From NCBI GenBank assembly GCA_038087875.1, contig CM075997.1:5458001-5522000 (forward strand): a stretch of 64,000 nt of DNA. The letters are read 5' to 3'. The notes under the pieces were generated by a model. It saw nothing but the letters and a program-made list of their open reading frames with translations. It was not told the DNA's origin and made no database searches. How positions within the stretch are numbered: the first letter of the stretch is position 1; each line of letters opens with the position of its first letter. The translations under genes were made by a program, and so were the position numbers. This stretch comes from Malacoraja senta. Taxonomy: Eukaryota. Below, in pieces: positions 38,005 to 50,782 of this stretch.

Positions 38005-38310
38005 TACTTTAGTTTAGAGATATAGCACGGAAACGGGCCCTTTGGCCCACCGAGTCCGCACCGACCAGCGATCCCCGCACACTAACACTATCCTACACAC
38101 ACTAGGGACAATTAACATTTACACCAGGCTGATTAACCTACAAACCTGGACGTCTTTGGAGTGTGGGAGGAATCTGGAAATCTCGGAGAAAACCAACGCA
38201 GGTCACGGAGAGAATGTATAAACCCTGTACAGACAGCACCCGTAGTTGGGATTGAACCCGTGTCTCTAGCGCTGTAAAGCAGCAACTCTACCGCTGTGTC
38301 ACCGTGCCCT
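38005..38310 (-). mobile_element. HE1-type V-SINE
   Basis: Full-length reverse-strand copy. Confidence 0.85.
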
Positions 38311-39549
38311 CCACGGTGGATGCTCCTCGGTCTCTGACACAACTGCTAGAATGCTACTGTTTAGCAAAACCGAACATCTCCCCCTCCGTATAGCTTAACT
38401 ATTCACCCACACACCAAGTAGAGGCTGTTCATCCCCTATCCAAAGCCTTTAATGAAGACCATGACTTGAACAGTTCTCAAGGGAGGAGGTAATTGCAACC
38501 AGTCCATTGCAGAGAATTATTCTGCAGTCATACCTTCCCCACACTTATCTCCTTCTTCCACACTCTTCTTTCAGCCCATGCGTTATTTAATCTCTCCTGC
38601 TTTCCACCCTAGGTTCATCTATCCATCCGATATTTCTTTTCTATTTCTTGATGTTCCATCTGGTCATTGGGTTGTGTGGACTGATTGCTCTCCTTTTGGG
38701 CTTAAAAACATGTTTGAATCAGTTCTGGACAGCCACCTGTATCCACCTATCCCTTCTGTAGGAAGGAACTGCAGATGCTGGTTTACACCGAAGATAGACA
38801 CGAAATGCTGGAGTAACTCAGCGGGACAGGCAGCAGTTCTGGAGAGAAGGAATGGGTGACGTGTTGGTTCGAGATTCCTTCTCTCCAGAGATGCTGCCTG
38901 TCCCGCTGAGTTACTCCAGCATTTTGTGTCTATCTTCCACCTATTACTTACTAGGCCTTGTCCTACAACCGCTCTTTTTGAGCTTAAGAAGGAACTGCAG
39001 ATGCTGGAAAATCGAAGGTAGACAAAAGCGCTGGAGAAATTCAGCAGGTGAGGCAGCATCTATGGAGCGACGGAAATAGGCAACGTTTCGGGCCGGAACT
39101 CTTCATCAGAGTTTTTTGTCTACCCACTCTTTTCGAGCTTTCTCCCCTCCCCCACCGTAATCAATGTGAAGAAGGGTTCCGATCCAAAACGTTGTCTATC
39201 CATTCCCTGCACAGTTGCTGCTTGACCTGCTGAGTTCCTCCAGCACTTTGTGTTTTGCACAATATTCTCTTTTATTCCCCCCAATTTCTCTGCGTTAAAC
39301 TGCTTCAAGGGTTTAATGGTTTAATGGTGCTGTCATTGTCACGTTTTTGAAGTGCAAACACACAGTGAAATAGTTTTCTTACAAACAGCCCACTAGAGTA
39401 TTGCCATTTCGAAGCACATCCCCGATTAGCAAGCGTGAGATATAGTCCACCGAGCCCGCATGCAAGAGGTGCCATGTTTTGGCGCCTTTTCCAAAGTCCA
39501 TTGCTCCCAGATATGTTGCAGAGTCCGTATAATGCTGTAGAGTCATTAA

Positions 39550-39756
39550 AGGGCCTGTCTCACTTACGTGACCTTTACAGGTGACTGCCGCGATCCATGA
39601 TAGGCCGTGAGAGGTCGTGAGAGGTCTCCTATGGACGTGAGAGGTCGTGAGAGGTCTCCTATGGCCGTGAGAGGTCCTTCTGGTCGCTGCTGAATTTTCA
39701 ACCTATCACGGGTCGCGGCAGTCGCCTGTAAAGGTTGCATAAGTGGGACAGGCCCT
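39550..39756. mobile_element. PIF/Harbinger-type MITE
   Basis: TIRs AGGGCCTGT(C/T)CACTTA; TAA TSD on both sides. Confidence 0.85.
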
Positions 39757-40119
39757 TAACAAGACAAGACAAGAGACAATTGGTACGGTGAAATTTGTGG
39801 TCAAACATTAAACACTGATACTGTTTCTTCCTCCCTTGATGCTGCCTGACCAGTGGAGAATTTCCAGCTCCCTGTTTGTCATCAGAGTACCATCTTTTGC
39901 AATAATCTGGTGGTTTGAGCATTGAAATAAATTGCAAGAGTTACAGTAGCTCAACAATTATTATGATGCAGCAGAACAAGGTTCAGGTTCGGTTTAGTTT
40001 ATTGTCACGTGTGCCAAGGTACAGTGAAAAGCTTTTGTTGTGTGGTGTCCGGCCATTGGAGAGACAAGAAAAAGGTGGCTTGGTGCTGGAAAACCTCACT
40101 TTAAGTAAACAAAGGCACT

Positions 40120-40528
40120 GTACTCGCTGGAGGTTAGGATGAGGGGGGGACCTCAGTGAAACTTACCGAATAGATAGAGTGGATGTGGAGAGGATGTTTC
40201 CACTGGTGGGAGAGTCTAGGATTAGAGGGCATAGCCCCAGAATTAAAGGACGTTTCCTTTAGGAAGGAGATGAGGAGGAATTTCTTTCGTCAGAGGATGT
40301 TGAATCTGTGGAATTATTTGCCACAGAAGGCTGTGGAGGCCAAGCCAATGGATGTTTTCAAAGCAGAGGTAGATAGATTCTTGATTAGTACGGGTGTCAG
40401 AGGTTATGGGAGAAGGCAGGAGAATGGGGTTAGGAGGGAGAGATAGATCAGCCATGATTGAATGGCGGAGTAGACCTGATGGGCTGAATGGCCTAATTCT
40501 GCTCCTATCACTGATGACCTTATGACCT
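40120..40528 (+). mobile_element. CR1 LINE 3' fragment
   Basis: RRNFFRQRMLNLWNYLP; tail repeat. Confidence 0.85.
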
Positions 40529-41254
40529 TTACGTACTGGTGACGTGCTACAAAATTGTTGAGTTCCAGAGCACAATCTCTCTGCCATAATCTACCGTGAT
40601 TGTTGTATATCGGGTCTGCCATCTAAAAGTTTGTTACAACAAAGCTAGTACTTCCCCACCGGTAACCAGAAACAGATTGCACATTTGTACCCCTTAATCT
40701 GCCCTGAAAACAGTCTCATTATTGCTTCAAAATGTGTGTTTGTGTGCGGAATCAGAAGGGATCGCGGTAATTTCTGGGACATGGTAAAATAAGCCCATTT
40801 GTTACTAATGTCCGTCCATGTGAAGCTGGGCCACTGAGAGGGAGTCAGGAAAGACCCACATATGAAGACAATTACTAAATGTTAACAAGTTCTGATGGGA
40901 ATATGAAATATGACAGAGTCCGTGAGACATTACTCTTTCGGGTTTCATTTGTACTAAATGGAAGAATGTAAGTATGATTTGTCCACTCCGAACCAAAGGC
41001 GCCTTCCTCTCCCCAAAGCCCACCAAAACCAGGAAAACTGCCATTAATTAAAGGCAAGATGAAAGGGAGAGCGTTCCGCTGCATGCTTGCAGTTGTTTAC
41101 TTTCATTCATGTTTTTGTTATGCAGAATTTACCATGTGTTACGGATTTTGCAATGTCAATTGTAACATGATAAGTTAAATTTACCTAATTGATCTGATCT
41201 GTGCTCTGCTAATGTTTAATCCTTGTAACCACGGTGTGAAAAGGCTTATTGAAG

Positions 41255-42105
41255 CAAAATGCTGGAGTAACTCAGCGGGTCGGGCAGCGTCTCCGGAGAG
41301 AAGGAATGGGTGACATTTCGAGTAGAGATCCTCCTTCAGACTGGAGAGTCAGGGGAGAGGGAATCGAGAGATATAGACGGTGATGTAGAGATGTAGAACA
41401 AATGAATATAGACAAAAAATGCTGGAGTAACTCAGCGGGACAGGCAGCATCTCTGGAGAGAAGGAATGGGTAACGTTTCGGGTCCAGACCCTTCTTCAGA
41501 TTCAAGAAGGGTCTCGACCTGAAACCTCACTTATTCCTTCCCTCCAGAGATGCTGCCTGTCCCGTTGAGTTACTTGAGCATTTTGTGTCTACAGTATCTT
41601 TGATTTAAACCAGCATCTACAGTTCTTTCCTAGAAAAAAATGAATGAAGCATATGCAAAAAAAGTAATGATGATAAAGGAAACAAGTCATTGTTAGCTGT
41701 TTGTTGGGTGAGAACGAGAAGCTGGTGTGACTTGGGTGGGGGAGGGATAGAGAGAGAGGGAATGCCGGAACTACCTGAAGTGAGATAAATCAATATTCAT
41801 ACCACTGGGCTGTAAGCTGCCCAAGCGAAATATGAGATGCTGTTCCTCCAATTTGCGTTTAGCCTCAATCTGACAATGGAGGAGACCGAGGACAGAAAGG
41901 TCACTGTGGGAATGGGAAGGAGAATTAAAGTGTTTGGCAACCGGGAGATCAGGTTGGTTCAGGCGGGCTGAGCGAAGGTGTTCCGCGAAACGATCGCCCA
42001 GTCTGCGTTTGGTCTCGCCGATGTATAAGAGTCCACATCTTGAACAATGGATACAGTAGATGAGGTTGGAGGAGGTGCAAGTGAACCTCTGCCTCACCTG
42101 AAAGG
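41255..42105 (-). mobile_element. 5'-truncated Penelope-like element: GIY-YIG endonuclease C-terminus plus pseudo-LTR
   Basis: ORF 41771-42097 NLIYCIHCSRCGLLYIGETKRRLGDRFAEH...LQPSGMN; downstream hammerhead-bearing repeat with a nested inverted pLTR pair at about 41400-41632. Confidence 0.85.
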
Positions 42106-42202
42106 ACAGAGAAGGTAGCTCCAGCTTGTTCTCAGCTATGGAACTTCCCCTTTAAGACTGCCTGTTGAATTCTCCCAGTGTTAGCTTCATACCTGAGGCT
42201 TC

Positions 42203-42545
42203 ATAATAATAATGGATGGGATTTATATAGCGCCTTTCAAGGCGCTTTACATCGCATTATTCATTCACTCCTCAGTCACACCCGGTGGTGGTAAGCTACT
42301 TCTGTAGCCACAGCTGCCCTGGGGCAGACTGACGGAAGCGTGGCTGCTAATCTGCGCCTACGGCCCCTCCGACCACCACCAATCACACACATTCACACAC
42401 ATTCACACACATTCACACGCAGGTAAATGTGGGTGAAGTGTCTTGCCCAAGGACACAACGACAGTATGCACTCCAAGCGGGATTCGAACCGGCTACCTTC
42501 CGGTTGCCAGCCGAACACTTAGCCCATTGCGCCATCTGTCGTCCT
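42203..42545 (-). mobile_element. tRNA-derived CORE-type SINE with an L2-like tail
   Basis: B box GGTTCGAATCCC, GTGTCCTTGGGCAAGACACT core, tail TGTAAAGCGCCTT..GCGCTATATAAAT..(TTA)n. Confidence 0.8.
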
Positions 42546-42899
42546 GATAACTGAGAGACGACAGATGGCGTCATCTTCATGTAACTGAGAGATTATATCC
42601 ACTGTTATCTTTTACCGCACTGACAGCACGATCGTGACAGAGAACAAAAAACAGATTTGGAATAATAGAAATTTGAGAATGTTGATGAAGGAATGTAAAC
42701 TATCTTTATTAAAGATGCCGTGGTCACAGAATGGTAGAAGTTTAAGGAACAGACAGAGGTCGTTTATCTAGCAGTTGGTACAGTTAGAACAAAGAACAAA
42801 GAGAAACAGGCAACGCAAGTAGACAGAGTGGTGAAGAAGGTGTACAGTACATTTGCCTTGCATTCAGTGTAAGATTCAGGAGGTCATGATGCAGCTTTA

Positions 42900-43733
42900 A
42901 GGGCCTGTCCCACTTTCGCGACTTTTTCGGCGACTGCCGGCACCCGTCATAGGTCGCCAACATTTTTCATCATGTTGAAAATTCAGCGGCGACCAGAAAG
43001 ACGCTGCTCTAGATGTCAGCTGCTCTACATCGGTGAGACCAAGTGTAGGCTTGGCGATCGCTTCGCCCAACACCTCCGCTCGGTCCGCATTAACCAACCT
43101 GATCTCCCGGTGGCTCAGCACTTCAACTCCCCTCCCATTCCGAATCCAACCTCTCTGTCCTGGGCCTCCTCCATGGCCAGAGTGAGGACCACCGGAAATT
43201 GGAGGAGCAGCACCTCATATTTCGCTTGGGCAGTTTGTACCCCAGTGGTATGGACATTGACTTCTCTAATTTCAGGTAGTCCCTACATTCTCCTCCCCTT
43301 CTCAGGTCTCCCTCAGCCCTCTGGCTCCACCTCTTCCTTTCTTCTTCCCGCCCCCCCCCCTCACATCAGTCTGAAGAAGGGTTTCAACCCGAAACGTTGC
43401 CTATTTCCTTCGCTCCATAGATGCTGCCTCACCCGCTGAGTTTCTCCAGCATTTTTGTCTACTTTCAATTTTCCAGCATCTGCAGTTCCTTCTTAAACAG
43501 AAAGACGCTACGACTCTTTGGGTGACTGAGAGACTACTCACGACCATACAGGCGACACTCTGGCGACATGTCGCAGGGTGAAGCCTGTATGATCGTGAGT
43601 AGTCGCCCAATGAGTCGTACCTTGTTCTGGTCGCCGCTGCATTTCCAACATGTTGAAGATTTTCGGAGACCTGCTGCAACTATGATGGGCGCCAGCAAGT
43701 CGCCGAAAAAATCGCATAAGTGGGACAGGACCT
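42900..43733. mobile_element. PIF/Harbinger-type MITE hosting a Penelope-like insertion
   Basis: TIRs AGG(G/T)CCTGTCCCACTT; TTA TSD on both sides. Confidence 0.8.
43006..43497 (+). mobile_element. 5'-truncated Penelope-like element (GIY-YIG plus pseudo-LTR)
   Basis: CSRCQLLYIGETKCRLGDRFAQH; 12-bp TSD CAGAAAGACGCT at 42994-43005 and 43498-43509. Confidence 0.85.
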
Positions 43734-44164
43734 TTATGCGACTTTACCAAGAATGCATTTGCAGTTGCCCCATTACAGGAAGGAGGTGGAGGCTGTGGAG
43801 AGGGTTCTGGGGAGGTTTAACAGGACGCTGCTTGGATTATTAACTACAAGGGGAATTTGGGACAGCCTGGATAGTTTCCACTGGAACACCACTGAGGGTG
43901 ACCAGTCAGAAGTATATAAAGGCATGGATAGAGTAGACAGTCAGAATCTTTTTACCAGAGTTGAAATGTCAAAGACTAGAGGGCGCAGGTGAGAGGGGCA
44001 AAGTTTAAAGGAGATATGCAAAACAAGTTTTTTTACACAGAGAGTGGTGGGTGTCTGAAATGCGCTGCCTGGGGTGGTGGAGGTGGCAGATATGATCGTG
44101 GTATTTAAGAGGCTTTTCGATAGGGACATGGATATGCAGGGAATGGATATGGATCATGAGTAGG

Positions 44165-47100
44165 CAACCGGGATGGGGTGTTGCGGCCCTGGTGCCAGGG
44201 TCCAGGACGTCTCAGAGTGGCTGCACGGCATCAAGAGCGAGGGGTAGCAGACGGAGGTTGTTGTGCACGTTGGCACGAACGATACAGGTCGGAAGATGAA
44301 GGAGGTTCTGCAACACGAGTTTACGGAATTGGGTAAAAGACTGAAAAGCAGGATCTGCAGGGTAGTGATCTCAGGATTGCTTCCATTGCTTCGTACTAGT
44401 GAAGATAAGACCAGGTAGAGAGGGGAAATTAATGTGTGGTTGAGGAGTTGGTGCAGGGGGCAGGGATTTAGATTTCTGGATCATTGGGATCTCTTCCGGG
44501 GCAGGGGTGACCTGTACAAAAGGGACGGGTTGCACCTTAACTGGAGGGGGACCTAGCGGGCAGGTTTGCTAATGCTACACGGGAGGGTTTAAACTAGATT
44601 GGCAGGGGGGTGGGATCTCGTACAGGACAGAGGCACACGAGAGGCTAGAAGTTGGTATGGAGGGTGGTGCGGGGAAGGTTAGTGGACAGAATAGGCAGGT
44701 GAAAGGCAGAGAGCGAGGAAGGAGGGTTGGTTTAAACTGCACGTATTTTAATGCAAGGGGCCTGATGGGTAAGGCAGATGAGCTTAGGGCATGAATAGGT
44801 ATGAGCGACTGGGATGTTGTAGCAATGACTGAAACCTGGTTAAGGGAGGGGCAGGTGGCAGCTCAATGTTCCGGGGTGCAGGAGCTTCAGGAGAGACAGG
44901 GGTGAGGGAAAAAGAGGGGGGGGTGCATTGCTGGTTAAGGAAGATGTCACGGCTGTGTTCAGAGGTGACATCACAGACGGTTCGTCTAGTGAGGCTATAT
45001 GGATGGAGCTGAGGAACAAGAAAGGGATGATCACCTTGTTGGGGGTGTACTACAGACCCCCAAATAGTCAACGGGAATTAGAAGAACAAATGTGCCGGGA
45101 GATTGCAGACAGCTGCAGGTCAAATAAGGTTGTTGGAGTAGGGGTTCAACTTTCCCATTACAGATTGGGAAAATCATAGTGTGAAGGGTTCAGATGGGAT
45201 GCAATTCCTCAATAGTGTTCAGGAGAGTTTTCTTAAACAGTATGTGGAGGCCCCCACACGTGAGAGGGCGACGCTGGATCTAGTATTGGGAAATTGGGAA
45301 GGGCAAGGTAATGTAGTGTGTGTGGAAGAGCCTTTTGGGACCAGTGACCACAGTTCATTTAGGTTTAAGATAGTTATGGATCGGGACGGAGACTGTCCAC
45401 GTGTTAAAATGCTCAACTGGGGTAAGGCCAACTTTGAGGGTATGAGAGAAGGTCTCGCTCAAGTTGACTGGAGCAGGTTATTAGATGGGAAAGGAACATC
45501 AGCCAAGTGGGATGTATTTAAAAGTGGACTGAAGAAAGCTCAGGATGTGTACGTCCCCGTTAGAGTGAAGGGCAAAGCAGGCAAACGTAAGGAAGCTTGG
45601 ATGACGAGGGAAATTGAGACGTTAGTCAAAAACAAGAAGGATGCATGGGACAGGTATTGGCAGCTGGGATCAAGTGCATCCCTGGAGGAGTTTCGGGAAC
45701 TAAGGAGTAAACTGAAAAAGGAGATCAGAAGGTCAAAAAGCGGCCAGGAGATAGCTCTGGCGGGTAGCATTAAGGACAATCCCAAAAGATTGTATGAATA
45801 AAAAGGGGGAAAAGGGTAACTAGAGAGAGAGTGGGACCTCTCAGGAAACAAAGCGGTCACCTCTGTGTGGAGCCACAGGAGATGGGCAAAGGTCCTCAAT
45901 GAGTATTTCTTCTCTGTATTCACCGAGGAGAAAGACAGTAGGATGGAGGAAATTGGAGCAGTTACTGGAAGTGTCTAGAGAGCAGTCAGGGTTACTGTCG
46001 AAGAAGTACTGTAGGTACTGTCGTGTATGAAGGTAGACAAATCTCCAGGGCCTGACCTGATATATCCGAGGACATTGTGGGCAACTAGAGAGGAAATTGC
46101 GGGAGTCCTGGTTGAAATTTACAAGTCATCTTTAAATACAGGAGAGGTGCCGGAAGACTGGAGGGTGGCAAATGTTGTACCTCTTTTCAAGAAGGGCTGC
46201 AGGGAAAATGCTGGGAACTATAGGCCGTAGAGCTTAACATCTGTAGTTGGTAAGTTACTGGAGTGTGTTGTGAGGGATAGGTTATACAGGCATTTGGATG
46301 GACAAGGGCTGATTAGGGATAGTCAGCATGGTTTTGTACGTGGGAGGTCGTGTCTCACAAATCTGATTGATTTTTTTGAAGACGTGACCAAAAAGGTTGA
46401 TGAGGGCAGAGCTGTACATGGACTTCAGTAAAACATTCGACAAGGTTCCGCATGGTAGGCTGCTCTGGAAGGATAAGTCACATGGGATCCAAGGAGAGAT
46501 AGCTGAATGGATAGCAAATTGGCTCCATGGAAGTAAGCAGAGGGTGATGGTGGAAGGTTGCTTCTTGGACTGGAGGCCTGTGACTAGTGGCGTGCCTCAG
46601 GGTTCGGTGCTGGGCCCGTTACTGCTTGTCATCTACACCATTGATTTGGACGAGAACATACAGGGCAAGATTAGCAAGTTAGCTGATACGAAAGTGGGTG
46701 GATTTGCAGATAGTGAAGATGGTTGTGAAAGGTTGCAGCAGGATCTGGATCGATTGGCCAGGTGGGCGGAGGAATGGTTGATGGGATTTAATACAGAAAA
46801 ATGTGAGGTGTTGCATTTTTGGACGTCGAACAAGGGCAGGACCTACACAGTAAATGGTGGGCCTCTGGGTAGTGTTGTAGAGCAGAGGGATCTAGGAGTA
46901 CAGGTGCATGGTTCCTTGAAGGTCGAGTCACAGGTAGATAGGGTGGTCAAAAAGGCTTTTGGCACTTTGGCCTTCATCAGTCAGAGTATTGAGTATAGAA
47001 GTTGGGAGGTCATGTTCCAGTTGTATAAGACATTGGTGAGACCGCATTTAGAATATTGTATTCAGTTCTGGGCACCATGTTATAGGAAAGATATTGTCAA

Positions 47101-47597
47101 GCTTGAAAAGGTTCAGAAAAGATTTACGAGGATGGTGCCAGGACTAGAAGGTGTGAGCTACAGGGAGAGTTTGAGTAGGCTGGGTCTCTATTCCATAGAG
47201 CGCAGGAGGATGAGGGGTGATCTTATAGAGGTGTATAAAATCATGAGAGGAATCGATCGGGTAGATGTACTGAATCACTTGCCCAGAGTAGGGGAATCGA
47301 GGACTAGAAGACATAGGTTCATGGTGAAGGGGAAAAGATTTAATAGGAATCCGAGGGGTAACTTTTCCACACAAAGGGTGGTGGGCGTATGGAACAAGCT
47401 GCCTGAGGAGGTAGTTGAGGCTGGGACTATCCCATCGTTTAAGAGACAGTTAGACAGGTACATGAATAGGAGAGGTTTGGAGGGATGTGGAGCAAGCGCA
47501 GGCAAGTGGGACTAGTGTAGCTGCGACAGTGTTGTCCAGTGTGGGCAAGTTGGGCCGGAGGGCCTATTTCCACAGTGTATCACTCTATGACTATGAC
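44165..47597 (+). mobile_element. Near full-length degenerate CR1 LINE with SGNH-esterase ORF1 end and APE/RT ORF2
   Basis: ORF1 VVVHVGTND and DGLHLN; ORF2 ETWL, GVYYRPP, SDH, GVPQGSVLGP; several stops and frameshifts, FADD motif damaged. Confidence 0.9.
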
Positions 47598-48063
47598 CAG
47601 CGATCCACGCACATTAACACTACCCCATACACACTAGGGACAATTTACAATTACACCAGGCCAGTTAACCTACAAACCTGTACATCTTTGGAGGGTGAGA
47701 GGCAACCAAAGATCTTAGAGAAAATCCACAAGGTCACGGGGAGAACATACAAACTCCGTACAGACAGCACCCCTAGCCAGGGTCTCTGGCACTGCAAGCG
47801 CTGTAAGCCAGCAACTCTACCCCTGTGCCACCGTACCGCCCTGGTAGATTCATGTGCTGGTGGCTTCATTGGTTGCATGTCACACAACATCATTGTCTGG
47901 AAGATGATTCGTGATCTTCTAAGGGAACAAAAGGTGATTTGAGCCCAACAGGTTTAAGTGAAACTTGGCAACAATTCAGTGGTCGGTCCATGAAAATAAG
48001 GGTCAAATGCAATTCCTCTCAGGCCTTCTCCCCCATCTACTAAGATCTTGGATGAACTTGGAG

Positions 48064-48350
48064 CGGCACGGTGGTGCAGCGGTAGAGTTGCTGCCTCACA
48101 GCGCCAGAGACCCGGGTTTGATCCTGACTACGGGCGCTGTCTGTACTGAGTTTGAACATTCTCCCCGTGACCACGTGGGTTTTCTCCAGGTGCTCCGGTT
48201 CCTTCCCACACTCGGAAGACATAGAGTTTTGAAAGTTGATTGGTTTCTGTAAATTGTCCCTAGTGTGGAGGGTAGCGCTAGTGTATGTTGGTCATTGGTC
48301 GGCACAGACTCAGTGGGCTGAAGGGCCTGTTTCCATGCTGTATCTCTAAA
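48064..48350 (+). mobile_element. HE1-type V-SINE
   Basis: A and B boxes, V-domain, tail. Confidence 0.8.
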
Positions 48351-48384
48351 CACTAAGGAACATTGAACTACATTTAAAATAAAT

Positions 48385-49370
48385 GACAAGCACATTGATG
48401 GGACACCAAGCAGGAACACCAACGCCTCGACTTCCTGAGGAGACTGGTGCAATTGGGCATGTCTCCAGGTGCTCTTACAAACATCTACAGAGGCATCATT
48501 AACTGCGTACTGCCAGGATGCATTACAGCTTTGGGAAGAGCTCTGCCCAAGAACACAAGATATTACCTAGAGTTGTAGATGTAACCCAGTCCATCACACA
48601 GATCAGGCTCCCCACCATTGACTCCATCTACACTTCATGCTGCCTCAGGAAAGCAGCCAACATAATCAAACACCTCATTGTCAGAGTCAGGCTAAACGAA
48701 AATTGGAGGAACAGCATCTCATATTTCGCTTGGGCAGCTTCCTGCCCAGTGGTATGAATATTGATTTCTCTCACTTCAGGTAGTCCCGGCATTCCCTCTC
48801 TCTCTATCCCTCCCCCACCCAAGTCGCACCAGCTTCTCGTTTTCACCCAACAAACAGCTAACAATGACCTGTTTCCTTTATCATCGTTACTTTTTTGCAT
48901 ATCTTTCATTCATTGTTCTTTATCTCTCTACATCACCATCTATATCTCTTGTTTCCCTTATCCCTAACCAGTCTGAAGAAGGGTCTTGACCTGAAACGTC
49001 ACCCATTCCTTGCCTCCAAAGATGCTACCTGTCCCGCTGAGTTACTCCAGCTTTTTGTGTCTATAAACGGTTATTCCTTCTTCTCCCCGCTCCCGTCCAG
49101 CAGAAGATACAGAAGCCTGAAAGCGCGCACCACCAGACTCAGGAACAGCTTCTTCCCCTCTGTAATCAGGCTTCTGAACGGTCCTTCCATAAGCCAGGGT
49201 ACTGTCCAATTCACCTCTACCCCATTGTGGACATTGGACTTTGTCTGTGGAACTGATGCGCTACAATGCTGAGAACTATATTCTGCACTCTGTATCTTCC
49301 CCTTTGCTCTACCTATAGTACTGGAGTTTGACTGGATTGTATTTACGTATAATATATCTGATCTGTGAAT
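48385..49370 (+). mobile_element. Rex1/Babar 3' remnant with a nested Penelope-like fragment (about 48672-49065)
   Basis: RYRSLKARTTRLRNSFFPSVIRLLN; nested GIY-YIG tail plus pLTR. Confidence 0.7.
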
Positions 49371-49942
49371 GCAAAACTAACAAATGTGAAAATGCACACC
49401 TCCAGATTCAGGGACAGTTTCTTTCCAGATGTTAACAGGCACCTGAACCATCCTCCCACTAACTAGAGAGTGTTCCTGACCCTACTATCTACCTCATTGG
49501 AGACCATCGAATTATGTTTAATCGGACTTTACTGAACTTTATCTAACTAAACATTATTCCCTTTATCATGTATCTGTACACTGTGGACCACTTGATTGTA
49601 ATCGTGCATAGTCTTTCCGCTGACTGGATAGCAAGCAACATAAAAGCTTTTCACTGTACCTCGGTACACCTGACAGTAAACTAAACTTAAACTAAACTAA
49701 ACTAAACCTAGACTGAGGCATAGGTTGGTGTGTTGTGTGATATTGGAAGTCATAAAGGTATAGCATCATAAAGTGTGTAAATAGGCTCTTCGGCCCAACA
49801 TGTCCCATCTACGCTAGTCCCACCTGCCTGCGTTTGGTCCATATCCCTCCAAACCTGCCCTATCTATATACAGCACAGATTGTAATCATGTAGAATCCTT
49901 TTGCTGACTGGACAGCACACAACAAAAGGTTTTTCACTGTAA

Positions 49943-50180
49943 AGGGCCTGTCCCACTTTCACGACCTAATTCACAACCTTTTTTACTCGTGGACATTTTT
50001 CATCAGGCTAGAAAAATGCCCCCGACCTACTTGATGCCACGAGTACCTACGACTAGCATCACGGCCTGCTACGACCTACCTACGACCTCCCACAACCTCG
50101 TGACGACCATGCTGCGAGTATGAGTCAAGGGCAAACTCGGCAGAGGTCGTGAATTAGGTCGTGAAAGTGGGACGGGCCCT
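49943..50180. mobile_element. PIF/Harbinger-type MITE
   Basis: TIRs AGGGCC(T/C)GTCCCACTTTCACGACCTAATTCAC; TAA TSD on both sides. Confidence 0.85.
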
Positions 50181-50534
50181 TAACTCTGTACACGTGACAA
50201 TAATTAACGAAACTAAACTGAACCTAGACTAAAGTGTGGGCTGATACATTGTGTGATGTTTATACCGCACAGTTTTTCACTGTAACTCGGTACACGTGAC
50301 AATAATGAACTAAACTAAAGCAAGCCTTTCACTGTAGCTCGGTACATGTGACTATATCAGCACTACATTGCAGTGTTCTAATGCATGAAGATAGACACAA
50401 AACGATCAAAACTGCCCCATCGGTTCTCTCTTGTGTAGGAAGGAACTGCAGATGCTGGTTTACACTGAAGACAAACACAAAATGCTGGAGTAACTCAGCG
50501 GGACAGGGAGCATCTCTGGAGAGAAGGAATGGGT

Positions 50535-50562
50535 GACGTTTCGGGTCGAGACCCTTCTTCAG
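50535..50562 (-). ncRNA. Minimal type I hammerhead ribozyme-like core
   Basis: ggt-CTGAAGAAGGGTCTCGACCCGAAACGTC-acc, with flanks able to form a 3-bp helix I. Confidence 0.6.
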
Positions 50563-50782
50563 ACCGAGTCAGGGGAGAGGTAGATGGAGATATGGAAGTG
50601 AAATGCTTTTTTTGTGCCGCGCACTCGTGCCAGTCGTGAAAGAGGTAATTGTTACATCTTAGTTAAGTGTTCATTCTTTATATAACTTTCCAGCAGTACA
50701 TGGTGCTTTAGAGACATGGGTGGGGTATAATTAGTGGGTCAGAGATGCATTGTTGAATTATTGTTATGTGAATGAATAGAGT

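Noticed and set aside
40530..41250. Unique island (also 23400-24030 and 54310-54860) as possible exons or enhancers
   Set aside because: No convincing splice-site pair or RNA motif by eye; conservation data would be needed
46397..47515. 372-aa RT ORF as a host gene
   Set aside because: CR1 ORF2 fragment with a damaged catalytic motif
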